Made by a program: the position numbers and the translations under genes. A stretch of DNA of 25,856 nucleotides, from positions 1 through 25,856 of the forward strand of contig JAQVYO010000002.1 in NCBI GenBank assembly GCA_028708585.1. Direction: 5' to 3'. Below, piece after piece: positions 8,177 through 16,304 of this stretch; within the stretch, counting starts at the first letter, position 1; each line of letters starts with the position of its first letter. The notes under the pieces are model-generated. The model was not told the origin of the DNA and made no database searches. It saw only the letters and a list, made by a program, of their open reading frames with translations. This DNA comes from Oscillospiraceae bacterium. Its GTDB lineage: Bacteria > Bacillota > Clostridia > Oscillospirales > Oscillospiraceae.

Positions 8177-8187
8177 TATGGTATACT
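8177..8187 (+). promoter_or_regulatory. Extended -10 promoter for the flippase
   Basis: TATG-g-TATACT, divergent from the rbr promoter. Confidence 0.55.
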
Positions 8188-8323
8188 TGTAAGGCTCTTG
8201 CGGCGGACCGGGCTTTGGACGCGGCTGCCGTTCTCGGGCACGGCTCTGGGTGATGTTAGGGAAACGGGTGCTTTTCCCGCTTCGCCCCCTGCACGGATTT
8301 GACTGAAATTCGGAGGACTGCCT

Positions 8324-9715
8324 GTGAACCGTTATAAAAAGCTCATGACCAATACGTTCATTATCGGAATCGGCACGTTCAGTTCAAAAGTATTGGTGTT
8401 TCTGATGATGCCGCTGTATACGAGGCTGATGACCAATTCGGATTACGGCATTGCGGATCTGCTTCTGCAGACCTCGAACCTGCTGCTTCCCCTTGCCTCT
8501 CTTGGCATTACCGACGCGGTGGTTCGCTTCGGCCTGGAGAAGAGCGAAGACAAAAGCGATGTATTTTCCACCGGAGTGATAACAACCATCTGCGGATTTT
8601 TGATGCTGCTGCTGTTTGCGCCTCTGCTCAATAAGGTGAAATTTATTTCAGGGCATACCATGCTGGTGTACGCGTTTGTCCTGATGTCTTCACTCCGATC
8701 CCTTTGCTCCCAGTTTGTAAGAGCACGGCAGATGATTAAGCTATATGCGCTGGACGGCCTGCTCAGCACCGCTTCCACGCTGGGGATTACCATTTTGCTG
8801 CTGGCTGTGATGCACCTTGGGGTGACGGGGTATATTCTGGCCATTGTAATTGCGGATGCCTGCTCGGCGGTTTTTCTGTTTTTGGCTGCGCGGCTGCACC
8901 GGTACATCCGGTTTAAGGGCATCAAGCGGGACACGGTGTTTTCGATGATCCGGTACTCTCTGCCGCTGATTCCCACGTCGGTTTTGTGGTGGGTTACCAA
9001 TGTGTCCGACCGGTATCTGGTTTCCTATATGGTGGGCAGCGGCGCAAACGGACTGTATGCCGTGTCGTATAAAATCCCAACGCTGATCATTTTAATCTCC
9101 GGCATTTTTATCGATGCATGGCAGCTTTCCGCAGTGATGGAAAGCAGCGCCCGGGAGCGTTTTTTTACCAGAGTGTTTGACGCGTATCAGTCCATCATTT
9201 TCCTGGCGGCAGCTTGCATTATCCCCTTATCCAAGGTGTTCACGAGGCTGCTGGTTTCCAATTCATTTTACCTGTCCTGGCGGTACATCCCTTTTCTGGT
9301 GATGGCGACCTCCTTTTCCTGCTTCGTAACCTTTTTGGGGAGTATTTACATGGTGAAAAAGAAAAGCGTCATGACGATGATTACCACCGTCGCGGCGGCG
9401 GGGATGAACATAGGGCTGAATTTCGTGTTGATCCCCATTTATGGGGCGGATGGAGCGGCCTTTTCCACCTTTATCAGCTATTTTACCGTTTTTATCATTC
9501 GGGCCTTCCACACAAGGTCCCTGATTAAAATTGAATGGAATGTATTCAAACAAGTCGTCAATACCCTTCTGCTTCTGGCCCAGTGTCTTGTGATGATCGG
9601 CGAGATGAAGCATTGGATCCTTTATGAAGCTTTGATGGTCGCCCTGATGATTGCCCTCAACGCTCCGATTATTTTGGGATTTTCAAAGCAGCTGTTTCGG
9701 GAAAAGCTCGCGTAA
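8324..9715 (+). CDS. Wzx/MOP-superfamily polysaccharide (O-antigen/teichoic acid) flippase
   Basis: 463 aa, many hydrophobic helices. N-terminal YKKLMTNTFIIGIGTFSSKVLVFLMMPLYTR...DYG, YSLPLIP...WWVTNVSDRY...GLYAVSYKIP. GTG start with GGAGGA RBS. Confidence 0.85.
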   Translation: MNRYKKLMTNTFIIGIGTFSSKVLVFLMMPLYTRLMTNSDYGIADLLLQTSNLLLPLASLGITDAVVRFGLEKSEDKSDVFSTGVITTICGFLMLLLFAPLLNKVKFISGHTMLVYAFVLMSSLRSLCSQFVRARQMIKLYALDGLLSTASTLGITILLLAVMHLGVTGYILAIVIADACSAVFLFLAARLHRYIRFKGIKRDTVFSMIRYSLPLIPTSVLWWVTNVSDRYLVSYMVGSGANGLYAVSYKIPTLIILISGIFIDAWQLSAVMESSARERFFTRVFDAYQSIIFLAAACIIPLSKVFTRLLVSNSFYLSWRYIPFLVMATSFSCFVTFLGSIYMVKKKSVMTMITTVAAAGMNIGLNFVLIPIYGADGAAFSTFISYFTVFIIRAFHTRSLIKIEWNVFKQVVNTLLLLAQCLVMIGEMKHWILYEALMVALMIALNAPIILGFSKQLFREKLA

Positions 9716-9830
9716 GTTCTCCGATGCGGTATGGAAACGGTATGAAAAAGGAGAAACGTCCCGCTTGGGCCGGCCGCTCTGAAACGACATAACCGCGGCG
9801 GCGCGGGCCGCTTAAAAAGAAAGGTGTCCT

Positions 9831-10409
9831 ATGCTGTCTGAAATCCGGAAATTGGATGATTTGATTTTAAACTATATTCAGAACAATCTGCGGTTTTCTG
9901 TTCTGGATAAAATTATGCCCGTTGTTTCCAGGACGGGGAACGACGGCGCTATCTGGCTGGTGATCGCTTTTCTGTTGTTTTTGTCCAGGCGGCACAGGGA
10001 GGCGGGGTTTATGTTGGTTGTTTCGCTGGCGGTTTGCGTCATCATCGGGAATCTCACTTTGAAACCTTTGGTGGCAAGGCGGCGCCCCTGCGCCATGCAC
10101 CCGGGTGTTAAGCTGCTGATTCCGATGCCAAAAGACCATTCGTTTCCCTCGGGGCATACCATGTCCTCTTTTGCGGCGGCCACCATTTTGTTTATGGCGG
10201 ATAAAGGCTGGGGAATCCTGGGCTTTGCACTGGCGGCGCTGATCGCCTATTCCAGGCTGTACCTTTATGTGCATTATCCATCAGATGTCCTGTGCGGCAT
10301 GATATGCGGTGTTTTGATTGCGTTTGTCACCGTGAAACTGGTGATTCTTTTGTTCCGGTATGGATACAGGCGCTTGCAGCTGATCCGGGAATACGGTGGT
10401 TTATCCTGA
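9831..10409 (+). CDS. PAP2-family phosphatase (BcrC-like undecaprenyl-pyrophosphate phosphatase candidate)
   Basis: PAP2 motifs KPLVARRRP, SFPSGH, SRLYLYVHYPSDV; hydrophobic segments. Confidence 0.9.
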   Translation: MLSEIRKLDDLILNYIQNNLRFSVLDKIMPVVSRTGNDGAIWLVIAFLLFLSRRHREAGFMLVVSLAVCVIIGNLTLKPLVARRRPCAMHPGVKLLIPMPKDHSFPSGHTMSSFAAATILFMADKGWGILGFALAALIAYSRLYLYVHYPSDVLCGMICGVLIAFVTVKLVILLFRYGYRRLQLIREYGGLS

Positions 10410-10434
10410 AACCGGACCAGTTTTTTTGGCAGGC

Positions 10435-10458
10435 TGAAGCAGGCGCCTGCCTGCTTCA
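10435..10458. terminator. Stem-loop between convergent PAP2 and dedA genes
   Basis: TGAAGCAGGC-GCCT-GCCTGCTTCA, perfect 10-bp stem. Confidence 0.6.
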
Positions 10459-10459
10459 T

Positions 10460-10495
10460 AAAAGGGGGCGCATAGATAAAACTGCGCCCCCTTTT
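10460..10495. terminator. Bidirectional intrinsic terminator
   Basis: AAAAGGGGGCGCA-N10-TGCGCCCCCTTTT, perfect 13-bp stem with A/T tails on both sides. Confidence 0.85.
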
Positions 10496-10576
10496 GAGTC
10501 ACGAACGGAATATGAAAAACGATCCAAGGATTTTTTTGAGCCGCCGGAGGAAACGGTTCGCCCGAAAAGCGCGCTT

Positions 10577-11233
10577 TTAGGGTTGCTGCGCCGTATGCTG
10601 CGCCGACCATTTGGATTTTACAAACAAGACAAAAGCCGGCAGAAGAGAAATAAGGACGATGGCCAGCAGCACGCCTGTAAAATTATCCTGGATGGCCGGA
10701 ATGTTCCCAAAGAAATAACCGGCGGCAAAAGAGATGCCCACCCAAAGGGAGACACCCGCGAGGTTAAAGGGAAAAAACTTCCGGTAGGGCATTTTGCCAA
10801 CGCCGGCAACGAAAGGGGTAAACTGCCGCACCAGAGGGATAAACCGGGAAGAAATGATGGCTTTTCCGCCGTGCCTGTCGTAAAAGGTTTGGGCCTTGTC
10901 TATGCGTTCCCGCTTCATCAGACGGTTGTTTTCCCGGGCGTACAGCTGCTTACCCAAAGTACACCCGATCGAATAGTTGACGGCGTCGCCAAAGAACGCG
11001 GAGACGAAGCAGATGGGCGCCGCGATCCAAATATGCATCAGACCCAAGGCCGAAAAGGCTCCGCAGGAAAAGATCAGCGAGTCTCCCGGCAGAAATGGAA
11101 CAAAGAGGCCGGTTTCACAGAACAAAACCACAAAAATCAGAAGGTAGACCAGAATGCCGTACTGACCGATGAAATTTGCGAGAAAGGTGTCCAGATGAAA
11201 CAGCAGGTTGGCAATGAGCTGGAAAATATACAT
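10577..11233 (-). CDS. dedA: DedA (SNARE-associated/VTT) family membrane protein
   Basis: FCETGLFVPFLPGDSLIF, GDAVNYSIG, FYDRHGGKAIISSRFIPLVRQFTPFVAG are canonical DedA motifs. Confidence 0.92.
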   Translation of the reverse strand: MYIFQLIANLLFHLDTFLANFIGQYGILVYLLIFVVLFCETGLFVPFLPGDSLIFSCGAFSALGLMHIWIAAPICFVSAFFGDAVNYSIGCTLGKQLYARENNRLMKRERIDKAQTFYDRHGGKAIISSRFIPLVRQFTPFVAGVGKMPYRKFFPFNLAGVSLWVGISFAAGYFFGNIPAIQDNFTGVLLAIVLISLLPAFVLFVKSKWSAQHTAQQP

Positions 11234-11261
11234 GGCAGATCTCCCATCAAAAACTTTTTCT

Positions 11262-11289
11262 ATTATACGCGCGGGCTATGGAATTTTAA
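11262..11289 (-). promoter_or_regulatory. Probable promoter of dedA
   Basis: Minus strand TTAAAA-N16-TATAAT, about 30 bp upstream of the start. Confidence 0.45.
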
Positions 11290-11429
11290 GCGCATGGCCT
11301 GCGGAGCGGGCATATGCGCATACAATAGCCGCTCTGCACCTATTGTACCATAATAAATTTTAAAATAGTTTAAATTTTTTATACACTGTTTTGGCTTGGA
11401 ACCATGCAAAGGGAAAGGCGGCGGGGCGC

Positions 11430-11458
11430 TTGAAAAAGTTCCCGCCGTGCCGTATAGT
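11430..11458 (+). promoter_or_regulatory. sigmaA promoter of the transglutaminase-like gene
   Basis: TTGAAA-N17-TATAGT. Confidence 0.6.
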
Positions 11459-11619
11459 AGAGCGAGGCGCTCCCGGGAAGCTCTGAAGGGGTTCGGGCGC
11501 TGCCCCGGAAATTTTCCGAAAAAGAGCGCGGGCGCCAAGGCGGTAAAACGCGCGGGGGAACGCCTTTGAAACTCCCTTGCGGCGCAAGGGAAAGGCTTGG
11601 AAAACACAGAGGAACGCAT

Positions 11620-12780
11620 ATGGATTGGATATATCACATCAATTGGATTACGGTGGCCCTTGCCGGACTGTTTTTGATTCCCATTTTATCCGGCATGGTC
11701 ACTCCTTTTTCCAGCCAGCGGGTGCTGGATTCTTTTGTTTCACTGATCGGAAACCTGGAGCTGCTGATTTCCTTTCTGCTGTCCTGCTACGCTGCAAAGC
11801 TGATTTTGGCCAACCAAAACGGCGTTTTGGACCGGCTGTACAAGGCGATTCCCGCCGTCCGGCCGCTGCTGTCCGGCAGGACGGCGCTGGCCTATGGTAT
11901 TCTGGCGCTTTTGTGCACGCTGATTTTGTATGGCGTTCTGCGCCTGCTGACCCGGCCGGTTTACCGGTTCGTGGCAGCACCCTTGTCCCGGGGGATTGCA
12001 TCCGCGGTCAATTCCATGGGCCGTTTGGGGCGCAGCGCCGTGGGCGGCTTGTGGAAACTGCCCAAGGGAGTGTTTCTGGCCCTTTTGGCGGCCCTGCTGC
12101 TGAATCTCTATGCAAGTTACGGCGGCAACGCGGCCCTGATCCGCTCTATCAACCGATCCTCCGCTTATCAGACAATCAGCGAAAAGGCGCTGGACCCTCT
12201 TTTGGCGTCCGGACTTAAAAAAATCCCCATTCTGTTTGGCGATTCTTTTCAAAAAACGGTAAAGGATCTGCCCTCCAAAAGCAAACAGATCCTGGTGGTC
12301 AAATATTTTAACGGGATGACGCTGGATGAGGCGGTGAAATCCGACGCGGAAATCAACCAAAAGGCCAAAGCCATTACCGTAAATGCAAAAGACGGCAAGG
12401 AAAAAGCCCGCCTTTTGTACCAATGGGTCAGCGAGACCATTCGGTATGACAAAAGGAAGGCGGAGCAGATTGCCGTCAGCTCGGGCGACGTGCCGTCCGG
12501 GGCGAGGGTGGCTTATCACACGGGGAAAGGGATCTGCTTTGATTATTCCTGTCTGTATGTTGCCATGTGCCGTGCCGCCGGGCTGAAGGCCCGGTTCGTA
12601 ACCGGCCTGGGCTACAGCGGATCCGAATGGGGCGACCACGCCTGGAATCAGGTGTATGACCCCGGGGAGGACCGGTGGATCAATGTGGATACCACCTTTG
12701 GAAGCTCCGGAAGAAACTATTTTGACCGGCCTCATTTTTCCGGTGACCACGCGGACGCCGTGGTGCAAGGCGAGTGGTGA
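11620..12780 (+). CDS. Membrane-anchored transglutaminase-like (cysteine protease fold) protein
   Basis: About four N-terminal hydrophobic segments; C-terminal TGc core with Cys (GICFDYS), His (HAWNQV) and Asp (WINVDTT). Start moved to ATG 11620 after AGAGGA; 386 aa. Confidence 0.85.
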   Translation: MDWIYHINWITVALAGLFLIPILSGMVTPFSSQRVLDSFVSLIGNLELLISFLLSCYAAKLILANQNGVLDRLYKAIPAVRPLLSGRTALAYGILALLCTLILYGVLRLLTRPVYRFVAAPLSRGIASAVNSMGRLGRSAVGGLWKLPKGVFLALLAALLLNLYASYGGNAALIRSINRSSAYQTISEKALDPLLASGLKKIPILFGDSFQKTVKDLPSKSKQILVVKYFNGMTLDEAVKSDAEINQKAKAITVNAKDGKEKARLLYQWVSETIRYDKRKAEQIAVSSGDVPSGARVAYHTGKGICFDYSCLYVAMCRAAGLKARFVTGLGYSGSEWGDHAWNQVYDPGEDRWINVDTTFGSSGRNYFDRPHFSGDHADAVVQGEW

Positions 12781-12793
12781 GGGAAGGCGGCCT

Positions 12794-13240
12794 TTACAAA
12801 TCCTGTATCATCTGCATATAGGGGAGATTCTGGAACCCCATGCGCTTGTAAAGGGAAATTGCTTCTTGGTTGCCGCTTTCCGCTTCCAGCCGAATCCGCT
12901 TTATGTTGCCGCAAAGGTTGTTTTTTAAATAGGAGAAGAACGCCCGGCCTAAGCCAAGACGGCGATATTCAGACAGCACATAAAGTTCGTCAATCCACAA
13001 AACCATGCCGCCTGCCTCTTGCGAAAAGGTTTTGGCCAGCAGCGCGTAACCTGCCGTTTTTCCCTTGTATTCCATTATGTATCCCAACAGATACTGCTCC
13101 GACCGCATGAGTTCATGAAAGGTACGGAGGATACATTCCCCAGGGATGTTTTGGTGTACGGCGTCTGAGGAATAAAAATCTTTTGCCATCTCAAGATAGC
13201 ATGCCCGATCTTCTCTTTTAATCTTTCTAATCGTAATCAT
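12794..13240 (-). CDS. GNAT-family N-acetyltransferase
   Basis: 148 aa; LWIDELYVLSEYRRLGLGRA (acetyl-CoA motif A), N..AISLYKRMGF; AGGAG RBS. Confidence 0.9.
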   Translation of the reverse strand: MITIRKIKREDRACYLEMAKDFYSSDAVHQNIPGECILRTFHELMRSEQYLLGYIMEYKGKTAGYALLAKTFSQEAGGMVLWIDELYVLSEYRRLGLGRAFFSYLKNNLCGNIKRIRLEAESGNQEAISLYKRMGFQNLPYMQMIQDL

Positions 13241-13325
13241 CCTGCGAATCTCCTGCTTATTTATTGGGTGATTTCCGGATCAAGAACAGCGAATGAAACG
13301 GAAAACAATGCAAAGTGGCGCGGCG

Positions 13326-13355
13326 CCCCGCCGGAGGAAATTCCTTCCGGCGGGG
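13326..13355. other. GC-rich stem-loop downstream of reverse rubrerythrin (weak terminator or stabiliser)
   Basis: CCCCGCCGGA...TCCGGCGGGG perfect 10-bp arms; no immediate U-tract on the minus strand. Confidence 0.45.
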
Positions 13356-13394
13356 TGCTGCGCATGGCTTGACAAATTTAAGAGGATGGCGAAT

Positions 13395-13949
13395 TTATTT
13401 GGACGGGCCGAAATATCTTTCCAGAAGCCCTTGAAAGGCCTTGCCGTGCCTTGCTTCATCTCTGGCCATTTCATGGACGGTATCATGGATGGCGTCCAGA
13501 TTCAAGGCCTTTGCCCGCTTGGCCAGGTCAAATTTTCCGGCTGTGGCGCCGTTTTCCGCCTCCACCCGCTTTTGGAGATTGACCTTTGTGCTGTCGGACA
13601 GAACTTCGCCCAGAAGCTCCGCAAATTTGGCGGCATGTTCCGCTTCTTCGTGAGCGGCCTTTTCCCAGTAAAGGCCGATTTCCGGATATCCCTCCCGGAA
13701 GGCGACTCTGGACATGGCAAGATACATGCCCACTTCAGAGCATTCACCGGTGAAATTCGCCCGCAGATCGGCGAGAATATCTTCCGGAGCGCCGGCGGCT
13801 ACGCCCACGACGTGCTCGGCGGCCCAAGTCATTTCTCCACCCTGCTCCACAAATTTGGATGCGGGCGCCTTACATACCGGGCACTGCTCCGGAGGGGTGT
13901 CTCCTTCGTGAACATAACCGCATACGCTGCAAACAAATTTCTTCATCAT
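13395..13949 (-). CDS. Reverse rubrerythrin (NADH peroxidase)
   Basis: N-terminal rubredoxin CSVCGY...CPVCKA followed by ferritin-like domain [12 protein letters not shown]...EEAEHA...DEARHG; GGAGG RBS. Confidence 0.93.
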   Translation of the reverse strand: MMKKFVCSVCGYVHEGDTPPEQCPVCKAPASKFVEQGGEMTWAAEHVVGVAAGAPEDILADLRANFTGECSEVGMYLAMSRVAFREGYPEIGLYWEKAAHEEAEHAAKFAELLGEVLSDSTKVNLQKRVEAENGATAGKFDLAKRAKALNLDAIHDTVHEMARDEARHGKAFQGLLERYFGPSK

Positions 13950-14010
13950 AATACCTCCATAAAAATTTAGTGATTTTATATACTAAGAACCGTTGGCGGT
14001 TCCGTATTAC

Positions 14011-14397
14011 CTACCGGCAGTCTTTGCATATTCCATAAAAGATCAGCTGATGGCGGAGAATCCGGGCGTCCAGCTCCCGGGCGGCCGCTTTGTCCAGTTC
14101 GGGGCCGGCGTCCGCCTCCGAAAGATCCAAAATACGTCCGCAGCTCTGGCAGACAAAGTGCGCGTGAGGCTTGGCGTCGGCGTCGTACCGTTCCTCACCG
14201 TCCACCACCCCGACGGTGACCAGAAGACCCTCGTCCTTAAAAGCGGCGATGTTCCGGTAAACCGTTCGCAAGCTGATATCCGGGAATTGCCGCCTGAGCT
14301 GCTCATAGACCCAGTCGGCGGAAGGGTGAGAGCGGGTGCTTTGAATTGCCTCCAGAATGGCCTCTCGCTTCCGGCTGTATTTTTTGGTTTTGCTCAT
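14011..14397 (-). CDS. perR: Fur-family regulator, PerR-like
   Basis: HPSADWVY, SLRTVYRN, RYDA...HAHFVCQSC, C-terminal CKDC; directly upstream of reverse rubrerythrin. Confidence 0.8.
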   Translation of the reverse strand: MSKTKKYSRKREAILEAIQSTRSHPSADWVYEQLRRQFPDISLRTVYRNIAAFKDEGLLVTVGVVDGEERYDADAKPHAHFVCQSCGRILDLSEADAGPELDKAAARELDARILRHQLIFYGICKDCR

Positions 14398-14413
14398 GTT
14401 TCTCAGCTCTTTC

Positions 14414-14438
14414 GGTAATAATAATCATTATCATTATC
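14414..14438. promoter_or_regulatory. Overlapping Fur/Per boxes in the perR 5' region
   Basis: 14414-14432 GGTAATAATAATCATTATC and the reverse complement of 14420-14438 (GATAATGATAATGATTATT) each match the 19-bp Fur box GATAATGATAATCATTATC at 17/19. Confidence 0.8.
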
Positions 14439-14448
14439 GGGTGTCTTT

Positions 14449-14477
14449 ATAGTAGCACAGAGAAATTCATTTGTAAA
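14449..14477 (-). promoter_or_regulatory. sigmaA promoter of perR/reverse rubrerythrin
   Basis: Minus strand TTTACA-N17-TACTAT with TGTGn extension. Confidence 0.7.
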
Positions 14478-14593
14478 GAGGAAAATAAAAATTTTTAAAA
14501 TGAACAGGGGGGTGTGTGGCATAGTGCGGCTTCCCCGCCCGCCAGAACGCTAAGGCCTGCCGCCGGAATCTCTGCTTCGGAGAGCTTTTCCTG

Positions 14594-14622
14594 TTGTAAC
14601 TTGCGCCGCCATTGGATATAAT
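14594..14622 (+). promoter_or_regulatory. sigmaA promoter of the lytic transglycosylase
   Basis: TTGTAA-N17-TATAAT. Confidence 0.75.
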
Positions 14623-14673
14623 TAGGATGTTTTAAAAATTCTTTTTCCAACGTTGTCCAGAACAGGAGCGGCC

Positions 14674-15222
14674 ATGAAAGCAAAAAAACTAATTTTAACG
14701 ATCCTGCTGGTGCTGGCAGCATGTTTTTTGGCGAAAAGCTTGGTCTACCACGATTTATACCGGCTGCAATATAAGGGCTATATTTTGGAATCTTCCGAAA
14801 AGTACGATGTGGACCCCTATCTGGTGATGGCGGTGGTCAATACGGAAAGCAAATTTAATAAAAACGCTCTTTCCTCCAGCGGAGCCGTCGGGCTGATGCA
14901 GCTGACCGAATCAACGGCGAAATGGGTGGCGCAATCCAGCGGAGACCGGGAATTTGAACTGAGCGACTTATACAACCCGAAAAAGAACATTGAAATGGGC
15001 GTTTGGTACATCCATAACCTGCAACAAGAATTTGGCCGAACCGACCTTGTCCTGGCGGCATATAACGCGGGCCGGGGCAATGTGGAAAAATGGCTGAGCG
15101 ACGGAGAACTTTCAAAAGACGGGCAGACGCTGAGCAAAATTCCCTATGAAGAAACCCGCAACTACTTAAAGAAGGTTTTGGCCGGGGAGCGGATCTACCG
15201 GATGCTTTACAAGGCGGATTGA
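14674..15222 (+). CDS. Lytic transglycosylase (SLT domain) with N-terminal membrane anchor
   Basis: VNTESKF (catalytic Glu), GLMQL, LAAYNAGRGNV, ETRNY. Start ATG 14674 after AGGAG. Confidence 0.92.
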   Translation: MKAKKLILTILLVLAACFLAKSLVYHDLYRLQYKGYILESSEKYDVDPYLVMAVVNTESKFNKNALSSSGAVGLMQLTESTAKWVAQSSGDREFELSDLYNPKKNIEMGVWYIHNLQQEFGRTDLVLAAYNAGRGNVEKWLSDGELSKDGQTLSKIPYEETRNYLKKVLAGERIYRMLYKAD

Positions 15223-15887
15223 GGGGGGCCGTTTCCTGCCTCGGGGCGGTGGCCGGAAAAAACGGTAAACGGATAAACCGGGGGAGGGCTTTTCGAAAAC
15301 TCCATCCATTTGCTTGTGTCGGGGTGAAAAAAACCCAGGCGGAAAGACCAAAGCGCGATGTTGCAGCCATCCTCCAGAAGGCTGTATTTCCGATCTCCCA
15401 CCAGCGGCAGGCCGCGGGAAGAGAACTGCGCCCTGATTTGGTGGGTGCGCCCGGTGCGCAGCCGGATGCGTATCAAAGACAGGCCGGAGCGCGACCGCAG
15501 CGTTTTATAATCCAAAACCGCCTCCTGGACCCCTTTTTCCAGATGGTGCACCACATAGGTTTTCCGTTCGGGCTTGGAGCGCAGCAGAAGGTCTGTGAAA
15601 GAGCCTGCCGTTTCCGGCGGCCGCCCGTGGACCACTGCCAGATATTCCTTCTGGAAGCGCTGCCGGCGGATTTCGCCGGACAGGACGGAAGCGGCGTTTG
15701 CCGAGCGGGCCAGCACCATAAGCCCGCTGACCACCTGATCCAGCCGGTGAACCGTGCGCACGCAGGCGCCGGGCTGGCCCAGAGCGCCCCGGATGAGGTC
15801 CGGCATGCCGCCTGGTTCGTCAGTGGACAATACCCCGGCGGGTTTGACACAGACCAAAATGCTGTCGTCTTGGTAAATGATGTCGAT
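15207..15887 (-). CDS. RluA-family pseudouridine synthase (probable ATC start at 15887)
   Basis: (M)DIIYQDDSILVCVKPAG, VHRLD catalytic motif, TGRTHQIRAQ, GDRKY. The 49 codons between ATG 16034 and the domain start do not look like the family N-terminus and lack an RBS. 3' end overlaps slt by 16 bp. Confidence 0.85.
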   Translation of the reverse strand: MDIIYQDDSILVCVKPAGVLSTDEPGGMPDLIRGALGQPGACVRTVHRLDQVVSGLMVLARSANAASVLSGEIRRQRFQKEYLAVVHGRPPETAGSFTDLLLRSKPERKTYVVHHLEKGVQEAVLDYKTLRSRSGLSLIRIRLRTGRTHQIRAQFSSRGLPLVGDRKYSLLEDGCNIALWSFRLGFFHPDTSKWMEFSKSPPPVYPFTVFSGHRPEAGNGPPQSAL

Positions 15888-16143
15888 CTTGATCTCCTCC
15901 TTGCGGTTGATCTGCCCTCTTGCGGTATGATTCCGCCTAAAACAGGATAATACAATTTTCGGTCTGTGGCAATCGCCTGGATGAAAAAAGGCCGCATCTT
16001 TCTTTTGAAAATTGCGGCCCAAGTTGGAAACCATATGCGGCGGCTTTTTTTGCGGGGAAAGGGGCGGCCTTTTCCTTGCCGGGCATCAGGCGGCGGGGAA
16101 TATTTTTTTAATTTTTGTATCTCCCTCCGGGCCCTCGTTAGAA

Positions 16144-16206
16144 TGAATTTTGGGAAGTATATATTGAGTTTTGGAAAATAAAGCTGTATTTTTGGATATT
16201 CTATTG
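16144..16206 (+). repeat. Three direct repeats at exact 21-bp period upstream of the polysaccharide promoter
   Basis: AATTTTGGG (16146), AGTTTTGGA (16167), ATTTTTGGA (16188): 9-bp units separated by 12-bp spacers. Confidence 0.7.
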
Positions 16207-16232
16207 TCAAGGCTGGGGATATGGGTTAAAAT
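16204..16232 (+). promoter_or_regulatory. sigmaA promoter of the polysaccharide operon
   Basis: TTGTCA-N17-TAAAAT. Confidence 0.7.
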
Positions 16233-16304
16233 ATGGAAAGTTAGCAGTGTATATATATTCGGGCCAAAATGAGAAAGTAAAAGTCGAAAAAGAGGATTTT
16301 GTGG

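Noticed and set aside
9733-9760. ECF-type promoter GGAAAC-N18-CGTC upstream of the PAP2 gene
   Set aside because: Attractive because bcrC is ECF-regulated in Bacillus, but the spacer is 1-2 bp longer than SigM/W/X promoters and GAAAC recurs three times here.
10541-10553. 13-mer CCGCCGGAGGAAA also present at 13328-13340
   Set aside because: Only two short copies with unrelated flanks; insufficient for a repeat family.
10292-11353. 353-aa plus-strand ORF
   Set aside because: Antisense shadow of dedA that runs through the terminator; no motifs or RBS. Long shadow ORFs are expected at this GC content.
11740-12768. 342-aa minus-strand ORF
   Set aside because: Entirely antisense to the transglutaminase-like gene; no recognisable domain.
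15219-15950. 243-aa plus-strand ORF
   Set aside because: Antisense shadow of the RluA-family gene.
15473-16210. 245-aa minus-strand ORF with YPK/FPK/FPK 7-aa periodicity
   Set aside because: Out of frame with rluA and spans two regulatory regions. The periodicity is just the translation of the 21-bp promoter repeats.
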